The notes under the pieces: model-generated | What the model was told of the DNA's origin: nothing | Seen by the model: only the letters and a program-made list of their open reading frames with translations | Database searches by the model: none | In this document: piece by piece, positions 58,990 through 64,000 of the stretch | Position numbering within the stretch: the stretch's first letter is position 1 | How the letters are laid out: each line of letters starts with the position of its first letter | Program-made: the position numbers and the translations under genes | Origin: a virus | Direction: 5' to 3' (one strand) | IMG/VR virus record: IMGVR_UViG_3300018083_000001 | Length of the DNA stretch: 64,000 nt

Positions 58990-59519
58990 AGCTTTGCCGC
59001 GCGTAGCCACATCGCTTCCATTGCCTCTGGCGTTGTGTTCTCGGTATTGAGATAGGCCGCCAACCCTTGCACCCATTCATCGTCAATGGAGATCGTCTGC
59101 GCACCAACGAAGAACATATTGGCTTCGAACTCCCGTTCATTCGGCACGTTGGAGGATTTGATGTAGTTATCTATCTCATTGGGCAGTGCGCCAGTCTTCA
59201 TCGTGCCTAACGCAGAATTCTGGGTAATTGAACCCATGTTAGCGAGTTCCTGGTAGAACTGCCTTCTGGAAATTGGCGGTGGCTTCAATGGCGGTGGCTG
59301 GATGTAAGGCATCGTCACGCCGCCCAGCGCGACCCATTCCTGGTACGCGATCCAGTCAGCATTGTCTGGATCATTCGGAATCACTGCGCCATCGTTGCGG
59401 ATCACAGCAGTGCCTTCTGCGTTGGCGAAAGTGTACGTCACCACTTGTTCTTTTGGCTCCGGTGGAGGGATAACAAACGGTGGCGTTGGCGGCATAAAGC
59501 TCCAATCGTCATTCGGCAT
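58986..59519 (-). CDS. hypothetical protein (tail-fibre-associated position)
   Basis: 177 aa with a Pro-rich N-terminus, lying between the fibre genes and the endolysin. Confidence 0.5.
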   Translation of the reverse strand: MPNDDWSFMPPTPPFVIPPPEPKEQVVTYTFANAEGTAVIRNDGAVIPNDPDNADWIAYQEWVALGGVTMPYIQPPPLKPPPISRRQFYQELANMGSITQNSALGTMKTGALPNEIDNYIKSSNVPNEREFEANMFFVGAQTISIDDEWVQGLAAYLNTENTTPEAMEAMWLRAAKL

Positions 59520-59522
59520 CTC

Positions 59523-61100
59523 TTATAACCTCGCGCTGGCTAGGAGTGAATCGACGTAGGCATATCCACCAACAGTTGTTATATCGGCTGAAAGTTGACA
59601 TGAATACGGAGTGGAGAGGCTTGCTGACGGACCTGATACGAACGTACTGCCACCAACAGTAGCGGTAATTGTTACTACCGGTGCGATCCGCATGTAGGGA
59701 TTAAAGTGATAGGTTGCGCGACGATAGCCTGCAGAGTTATCAATTGAAAACAACCACAAGCCACCAGGAGAAAATGTCTCATAGCGGAAATATCTCTGGC
59801 AGATCAATAACTCCTGATCGAATGGGCGCATGATCAATGGCGCTTGCGCGGCGGCGGGTGCTTGGGTGCCAGGGAAAACAAATACCCCGAACAGATAAAT
59901 ACCATCTGCTGTTGTCTCAACGCCATTGACTTGTCCGGGGGCTGCGATGTAGTTGGCATTGTACCAAGTGTTAGCAACTGGTGCTGTGTAAATCGTGCCA
60001 CTTGCCAACGTGAAACCAAACAAGATGCCAACGCCATTCGTTTTATTCCATGTCCCGGTCGTGCAACCAGGGATGGTAATAACATTATATTGTGGAACCC
60101 CAGCGACAGCTTGTACGTATGCAGCGCAGTAGCTGCGATCAGAAGTGGCGTTGCCAACCTTCAGAGTGTAACCGCCAGCACGTTGATGCACTGACCAAAA
60201 CGCAATGGTGATTGGTCTGGCGCTGGCGGTTCCCCAACCAAGACGTGCAATGCGGTAGCCTTCTATTTGTTGAGCCATGAAGGCATAGTCGCCACCGCCT
60301 AATGTCGTCTGCGCCACGGTAGTGTGAAACACCAAGGTGTATTGCAAACCTGGAACATGAGTATCATCATAAGCGCCAAGACCCGTAGTCATGCTACCGA
60401 CACGACCGTGCGACCATCCATCGATAGCGTAACCCGGCGTTATCTGACTGCTGCCGTGGCCATATTGCTGGCTGACCTCAAAGCTGCCATTGTATTGCAT
60501 TCCGTTGTACGCCATCGCGTCGAGCGGCGTGGCCCATTGCTTTGTTACAGCATGCAATGGTGCAGTTGGATCGCCACTCAACGTCAGCAAGCCCGTCATA
60601 ACGGCATCAACGCCGCCAGCCTTATGCACAAATAACGCAGGGTCAGGCGGGGCGGGCCGCACGTCACCTTGTACTACCCACGTACCCGTCACCTTCAGCC
60701 ACAAGGTCCAAGCAGGGACATTGGTCTTGAGCGCATAGTCCCCATCATTGCCGATTCCAGGATCAGGCACAGTACCATCAACCGCGTAGATAATCCCGGC
60801 ATCGGCCATCTTCGACAAGAAGTCACGCAACACCGCCTGTGTGATCGCAGGATCATACCGTGACCAAGAGTTCTTCAAGATCATGTAGACGGAGTTAGTC
60901 GCCGTGGCTCCTGCCCATGGAGCCATTAACGTGATAACATTGAAGCCCGCATTGACGCTCGACACGTAGGCTTGCGTTGTTCCGACCTGTAACGTGTCAC
61001 CAAGTAGCACATCGACAAAGATTGCACCTGAACTGGTTACCGTCGCCGAGCCGTTGGTAACAGTTACCGTTCCGAGATTATAGATTTGCCCGAGTGACAC
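59523..61100 (-). CDS. tail fibre / receptor-binding protein, paralogue 2
   Basis: 525 aa with a GTG start. The N-terminal ~150 aa are about 65-70% identical by eye to the upstream paralogue. Both share the C-proximal MRPFDQELLICQRYF motif. Confidence 0.7.
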   Translation of the reverse strand: MSLGQIYNLGTVTVTNGSATVTSSGAIFVDVLLGDTLQVGTTQAYVSSVNAGFNVITLMAPWAGATATNSVYMILKNSWSRYDPAITQAVLRDFLSKMADAGIIYAVDGTVPDPGIGNDGDYALKTNVPAWTLWLKVTGTWVVQGDVRPAPPDPALFVHKAGGVDAVMTGLLTLSGDPTAPLHAVTKQWATPLDAMAYNGMQYNGSFEVSQQYGHGSSQITPGYAIDGWSHGRVGSMTTGLGAYDDTHVPGLQYTLVFHTTVAQTTLGGGDYAFMAQQIEGYRIARLGWGTASARPITIAFWSVHQRAGGYTLKVGNATSDRSYCAAYVQAVAGVPQYNVITIPGCTTGTWNKTNGVGILFGFTLASGTIYTAPVANTWYNANYIAAPGQVNGVETTADGIYLFGVFVFPGTQAPAAAQAPLIMRPFDQELLICQRYFRYETFSPGGLWLFSIDNSAGYRRATYHFNPYMRIAPVVTITATVGGSTFVSGPSASLSTPYSCQLSADITTVGGYAYVDSLLASARL

Positions 61101-62593
61101 TACATCCTCGCATCAAAGTTGATGTTGCCACCTCCACCAGCATATACTACTGCCACCGCGCCATTGTACTGGATGCCGGATGCCAACGTAAAGTCAAGTT
61201 CAGCTTTGATGGCAGTTGAATAATTTGATGTGATGGTTGTTGCTGCGCTGACAACAGTACCAGACAGGAAAGACACCGGAGAGGTCATCAACACGGCAGG
61301 TGCAACTCGCATCGGCACTGGATGATAAGCCATCGCCCGCGCAACCACGGTAGTTGGCGAATAGACTGCGCCGACCAACGCCGGAATGCCATTGTAGAAA
61401 TATCTCATGCATGTGAGAACTTCTTCGTCGTATGGCCGCATCAGCTTGGGCAGATCGCTCACGAGCGGCAACTGCGTTCCAGCCGAGATAAATACTCCAG
61501 TGATCGCGAACGCATTGCCAGCCGTGTTGAATAAATTTGACGTTGCGTTGAAGGTCTGCACTTTGTTGAAGGTGCCCCAGGCATCGAGCGCCACAACCGG
61601 CGCAGCCTCTTTGCCATCGGCAAATATTTCAAACGTCAATCCAACCCCGTTGCTCTTGTTCCAGGTACCAGCCGTGTCGGGCGGCACGTTGAAGGCGACG
61701 TAGTTCCAGTTGTTGACGATTGCGAACTCATGATAGTAGCAGCGCGACTGATCGGCATTCGATAACTTGGCAAAGATCGTTCCAGGTCCAAGCTGATTGT
61801 AATAGCGGAACGCCACAACAATCGGCGACGCAACACTGCCAGGCATCAAACCAGAATCACCGCCCCAGCCCCAATGAGCAATCCGGTATCCCTCAATTTT
61901 GTGCCGAAACTTCACGAAGTCGCCGCTCGCTGGAGCCGAGAAATTTGCCGCATTGGAGAAATAACAACATTGTGGAAACTCCCTCGATGCGGCGGTTTGC
62001 GTTGACCAAATGGAAGCCGTGGCGTGCTTGAACATTCCCTCCCATCCATCAACGATATTCCGCGCCACATTGTTGGTGAGGAAGTCGGTTGGTATTTGGC
62101 ACACCTCCATCGAGGTATTCCACGCGACATTTTGCTGGACGCCATGCGGTTCACGGAGGTCACCCTGCAACACCCATGTCCCGCCGACCTTGAGCCAAAG
62201 CGTCCACTCCGGCGAATTGGTTCTCAGCGCATAGTCGCCATTGTTGCCGATGTCCGGGTTCGGCGTCGTGGCGACCGAGTAGATCACTCCTGCTGCATTG
62301 ATCTTCTGCAGCATGTCACGGACCCAGGATTGAGTGATCGCTGGATCATATCGCTCCCATGAGTTCTTCAAGATCATATAGGGAGCGCTTGCGGCAGTGG
62401 TCCCAGCCCACGGGGCTTTCAGCGTAATGACCGTCAGACCAGTATCGACACTCAGGATGAACGCCTGAGTTGTTCCAACCTGCAACGTGTCGCCATCGAT
62501 CACATCGTTCCAGATGACGCCTGCGCCTGTGACGGTTACTGATCCATTAGTAACCGTCACAGTTCCAGTATTGTATATTTGTCCGAGTGCCAT
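61100..62593 (-). CDS. tail fibre / receptor-binding protein, paralogue 1
   Basis: 497 aa. The N-terminus is MALGQIYNTGTVTVTNGS ... TLWLKVGGTWVLQGD, and the C-proximal motif is MRPYDEEVLTCMRYF. Confidence 0.7.
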   Translation of the reverse strand: MALGQIYNTGTVTVTNGSVTVTGAGVIWNDVIDGDTLQVGTTQAFILSVDTGLTVITLKAPWAGTTAASAPYMILKNSWERYDPAITQSWVRDMLQKINAAGVIYSVATTPNPDIGNNGDYALRTNSPEWTLWLKVGGTWVLQGDLREPHGVQQNVAWNTSMEVCQIPTDFLTNNVARNIVDGWEGMFKHATASIWSTQTAASREFPQCCYFSNAANFSAPASGDFVKFRHKIEGYRIAHWGWGGDSGLMPGSVASPIVVAFRYYNQLGPGTIFAKLSNADQSRCYYHEFAIVNNWNYVAFNVPPDTAGTWNKSNGVGLTFEIFADGKEAAPVVALDAWGTFNKVQTFNATSNLFNTAGNAFAITGVFISAGTQLPLVSDLPKLMRPYDEEVLTCMRYFYNGIPALVGAVYSPTTVVARAMAYHPVPMRVAPAVLMTSPVSFLSGTVVSAATTITSNYSTAIKAELDFTLASGIQYNGAVAVVYAGGGGNINFDARM

Positions 62594-64000
62594 CAGCCCA
62601 AAATCTCATATTCGCCGCTGAGCCAAAACGTACCAGCACCAGTGAAGGTGCCATTGTAATACCAGAAGATCGACTGGGTTGAACTGGCATACATCAGACC
62701 TGTGAGATCAGCAGCGCCGCCGGTCATGCCATGGAATGGCGTATAGTCCGCCGCCGGGAACGGCAAGTAAAATCTTATCCAGGCTCCAGCCGATCCAACG
62801 TTGGTGATGTCGAGTTGGTATCGCCACTTGCATGTCTTTCCAACCAGGGCATAGTAAAAATCATTTCTGCCGATTGCGCCAATTGCTCCCACGCCAGAAT
62901 CAACCGGCGGATGATACAGAGTCCAGGATGGCCGAAAGAAATTAGGATTGACCTGGATATTTGTTCCAGATGCGACGTTATTTATATTAGTCACGTTGCC
63001 ATAATAGTCATTGCCCTCGACATAGACGTAGGCGGTGCTGCCCTCGAAGTGCAATCCTTCACCGTTTTGACCATACCCGCCGCACGGTCCGATCCTGTTC
63101 GAAGTAATCCTCGTTCCTCCATTGCCGAATGGAGATGCCGACACGTTGGAGAGAAAGACACCATAACCATTGCCACCCATGCTGCAATTGTTGATGCCAA
63201 CGTTATGAATACCGTTGCCGGAGACGATGACTCCGGAATGCGTATTCCCCATCATTTGGCAATTGTTGAATGTTACTCCCTCAATGAGAGACGGCGCAGT
63301 CGCAACGAGCGCAACACCATGTTGCGATCCACTCATAATGTTGCAATCAGTAAATGTGCTGCGGCCAACAGCACCACTGCCGCCGGGAGCGGCGTAGATA
63401 TTAACTAGATTACCATATTCAAACGTGCATCCCTGAACCGTGACACGATTGACATTCTGGCCTGATCCAGGATCAAACAGCATGCAATAGTGCGCGTGAT
63501 TAAAAACGCAGTCAGTGATACTAGTTTTATCAGGATTGTGCCGAAGCAGTATCTGCGCGTATGGCAACGGTGTTGCTGGACCGTCGCAATAGACCTTGTC
63601 AATGAAGATAGTGCCTTGGGCATTGATCAGCACGATGCCGTAACCATTCCCCACAGTGCTATCGATAGTCCCGTCCTTGATAGTGAGGTAGTAGCCCGCG
63701 TTGTCGATCTGAATGCCAATCCATGCCTGAGCAATAAGAAAATCCTGGATCGTGATGGCATTGCCAGTGGTCAAGATATTGATGCCGCCAGTGCGTGCTA
63801 CCGAGTTGATACATCCAATATCCCGGAAATATTGAAAGCCCTGTAAATTAAATTGATGGTTGGTGGCATGCGTCATCTTGATGAACGAGCGGCGGGCACC
63901 GTCACCATAAATGTTCACTCCGGACGGTACGGTGATCACGTTAGAGTGCCGATACACGCCATGCGGTAAATAAGCATTAAGCCCCATCGCCGCGCAGTAG
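62593..64000 (-). CDS. right-handed beta-helix tailspike / depolymerase-like protein; 5' end probably outside the window
   Basis: The frame stays open from 63987 to base 64000 (...YCAAMGLNAYLPHGVY). It has repeated short beta-strand rungs with N/G turns (NCSMGGNGYGVFL, NNCQMMGNTHSGVIV, FTDCNIMSGSQHGVAL). Confidence 0.65.
   Translation of the reverse strand, partial: YCAAMGLNAYLPHGVYRHSNVITVPSGVNIYGDGARRSFIKMTHATNHQFNLQGFQYFRDIGCINSVARTGGINILTTGNAITIQDFLIAQAWIGIQIDNAGYYLTIKDGTIDSTVGNGYGIVLINAQGTIFIDKVYCDGPATPLPYAQILLRHNPDKTSITDCVFNHAHYCMLFDPGSGQNVNRVTVQGCTFEYGNLVNIYAAPGGSGAVGRSTFTDCNIMSGSQHGVALVATAPSLIEGVTFNNCQMMGNTHSGVIVSGNGIHNVGINNCSMGGNGYGVFLSNVSASPFGNGGTRITSNRIGPCGGYGQNGEGLHFEGSTAYVYVEGNDYYGNVTNINNVASGTNIQVNPNFFRPSWTLYHPPVDSGVGAIGAIGRNDFYYALVGKTCKWRYQLDITNVGSAGAWIRFYLPFPAADYTPFHGMTGGAADLTGLMYASSTQSIFWYYNGTFTGAGTFWLSGEYEILG

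Larger units (their letters stand above)
1..64000. mobile_element. tailed dsDNA phage / prophage genome segment (siphovirus-type tail module)
   Basis: Terminase, portal, scaffold, coat, connector, tube, G/G-T, tape measure, fibres, lysis and replication genes fill the window. No cellular housekeeping genes were seen. Confidence 0.9.

Noticed and set aside
59523-62593. Diversity-generating retroelement (template/variable repeat) explanation for the duplicated fibre segments
   Set aside because: There is no RT gene. The differences between the copies are spread over all bases and codon positions rather than being adenine-specific. The duplicated part is the N-terminal anchor, not a C-terminal variable region.
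1-64000. Integrase, repressor/cro switch, attachment sites (evidence of a temperate lifestyle)
   Set aside because: None is recognisable in this window. Lifestyle cannot be decided from the sequence shown.

Overview
The whole 64-kb window reads as a tailed dsDNA phage or prophage with siphovirus-type tail genes. I saw no bacterial housekeeping genes, rRNA, tRNA, CRISPR array, integrase or recognisable att site. All product calls come from motif recognition by eye; no homology search was possible.

There are four transcription blocks:
- (1) 1-29189, minus strand: a late structural operon headed by a NusG/RfaH-like gene. Order is TerS?, TerL, portal, adaptor, scaffold, P22-type coat, a ~13-kb island of very large beta-rich proteins, head-tail connectors, tube, G/G-T chaperones with a -1 slippery site, tape measure, and a distal tail gene that runs off the left edge.
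- (2) 29476-31695, minus strand: a TOPRIM plus P-loop primase-helicase.
- (3) 31843-56095, plus strand: early/middle genes. These are an FAD-oxidoreductase plus divergent ThyX-like pair, a HAD phosphatase, a DnaQ-like exonuclease, DnaE-type Pol III alpha, a GT-A-like protein, a VRR-NUC-like nuclease, a MoxR/CobS-like AAA+ ATPase with a vWA partner, an SNF2 helicase, a SLOG/DUF2493 protein and many small ORFs chained by ATGA overlaps.
- (4) 57043-64000, minus strand: a beta-helix tailspike (5' end off-window), two paralogous tail fibres, an endolysin and a holin-like cassette.

Most interesting for follow-up:
- (a) Two secreted proteins with PEP-CTERM/VPLPA-CTERM-type exosortase sorting signals at the convergent junction (55335-56908).
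- (b) The structural island 7611-20808. It holds an 1838-aa protein (Asp-box, three SPRY-like modules, ~25 LTGAQVTASAG-type repeats), a 1633-aa LamG-tailed protein and a YkgJ/FliB-type Cys-cluster protein translationally coupled between them.
- (c) Three long, highly structured non-coding regions (41864-42437, 45314-45646, 53323-53703) that share a GGAGGCCTCC / CCGGGAGGC...GCCTCCCGG palindrome-hairpin family and an identical 15-mer. Two of them bracket the AAA+/vWA module.
- (d) A ThyX-like protein with altered catalytic motifs, coupled to an FAD-binding protein.
- (e) The 29205-29475 intergenic region, with a 17-bp inverted repeat enclosing an (AAG)7 tract.
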